DNA of 5,944 nucleotides from a virus (Duplodnaviria; Heunggongvirae; Uroviricota; Caudoviricetes): IMG/VR virus record IMGVR_UViG_2531839200_000013; one strand, 5' to 3'. Shown piece by piece: positions 5,256 to 5,944 of this stretch (position 1 is its first letter; each line of letters starts with the position of its first letter). The notes under the pieces were generated by a model. It saw only the letters and a program-made list of their open reading frames with translations, ran no database searches and was not told where the DNA came from. The position numbers and the translations under genes were made by a program.

Positions 5256-5604
5256 ATGGAGACTGTTTTTGACGCACTGAAAGCGATGGGAAAAGCCACG
5301 TCGGTATAGCTGGCTGCGCGACTTGATATCAGTCGTGAAGAAGTACTGAACGAGCTGTGGGAACTGAAAAAGGCTGGCTTCGTTGATAAAAGCGTATACA
5401 CCTGGCGTGTGGCTGATAACAACGTTCAGCAGGAACAGCCAGCGCCAGAAGAAACCACCACGGCAACAGAAGCGAAAATCTCAGAGTGCGATTTAACCGC
5501 GACGATTGAACAACGCGGACCACAAACGGCGGATGAACTGGCTACGCTGTTCGGTACAACATCCCGCAAAGTTGCTTCAACGCTGGCAATGGCAATCAGC
5601 AAAG
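5256..5604 (+). pseudogene. winged-helix (DUF1627-like) prophage gene disrupted by an in-frame amber codon and truncated by IS629
   Basis: ATG at 5256 with GGAGG 6 nt upstream. Reading frame METVFDALKAMGKATSV-TAG(5307-5309)[43 protein letters not shown]... continues in the same frame through the stop. No ATG downstream of the TAG before the IS end at 5605. The family name is a recollection, not a search result. Confidence 0.5.
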
Positions 5605-5944
5605 TGAACCGCCCCGGGTTTCCTGGAGAGTGTTTTATCTGTGAACTCAGGCTGCCAGATCATCGTTTCCGATGGAAGCATAATAAGCTTTTTCTGCTTC
5701 TGCCGGAGGAGTATGGCCCAGCCTTCCCAGCAATCGTCGATTGTTATACCAGTCCACCCACGTTAGTGTGGCCAGTTCCACTTCTGCACGGTTTTTCCAG
5801 CTCTTACGGTGTATTACCTCCGCTTTGTAAAGACCATTGATGCTCTCAGCCATCGCGTTGTCATACGAGTCGCCTGTACTCCCTGTTGATGCCAGTAATC
5901 CGGCTTCTTTTAGTCGCTCCGTATAGGCCAGTGACACATACTGA
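5605..5944 (-). mobile_element. IS629 (IS3 family) right end, partial; element continues beyond the window
   Basis: Terminal sequence TGAACCGCCCCGGGTTTCCTGGAGAG beginning at 5605 matches the IS629 terminal inverted repeat as recalled. The orfB stop lies 42 bp inside the end. Sequence upstream of 5605 is prophage-like. Confidence 0.85.
5647..5944 (-). CDS. IS629 transposase OrfB, C-terminal part (DDE integrase domain), 5' end outside the window
   Basis: Minus-strand frame open to the window edge, encoding ...[95 protein letters not shown], an IS3-family transposase C-terminus. Stop at 5647-5649. Confidence 0.85.
   Translation of the reverse strand, partial: QYVSLAYTERLKEAGLLASTGSTGDSYDNAMAESINGLYKAEVIHRKSWKNRAEVELATLTWVDWYNNRRLLGRLGHTPPAEAEKAYYASIGNDDLAA

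Noticed and set aside
3373..5523. Multiple minus-strand ORFs (3373..3663, 3557..4021, 3754..3960, 4088..4359, 4644..5088, 4991..5422, 5329..5523)
   Set aside because: All lie antisense to plus-strand genes with family resemblance and RBS support; no RBS or recognisable domains; overlapping one another.
5409..5840. 143-aa plus-strand ORF (GTG start)
   Set aside because: Chimeric reading frame that runs from the prophage gene across the IS629 boundary at 5605 into the antisense of the transposase gene; an artefact of the insertion.
1..5944. CRISPR array, tRNA or rRNA genes
   Set aside because: No repeat-spacer periodicity, no cloverleaf-like tRNA candidates, and no rRNA-like conserved blocks seen anywhere in the window.

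Overview
This window reads as the immunity/early region of a Qin/Rac-like lambdoid prophage from an Escherichia/Shigella-type genome, cut off on the right by an IS629 insertion. All calls are from reading the sequence and from recalled protein/RNA families; no searches were run. Centre: a DicA-like short HTH repressor (2511..2918, -) divergent from a DicC/Cro-like gene (2995..3222, +), separated by a 76-bp switch region with three TTAG-N6-CTAA palindromes. Leftward (- strand) operon: a 118-aa unknown, a 72-aa YdfC-like ORF, an AT-rich 135-aa unknown that looks inserted, a GC-rich hairpin-rich leader, a DicF sRNA homolog with its terminator, then dicB (62 aa) and a ydfD-like membrane peptide (63 aa) coupled by an ATGA overlap. 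Rightward (+ strand): a YdaT/CII-like ORF, a replication initiator (HTH N-terminus, iteron-encoded linker, DnaT-like C-terminus) with an apparent frameshift near its 3' end, a lambda-P-like helicase loader, and a winged-helix gene broken by an in-frame amber codon and by the IS629 end at 5605. The best candidate for something undescribed is the AT-rich two-ORF island at 1015..1655, sitting where dicB-operon leader sequence is expected.
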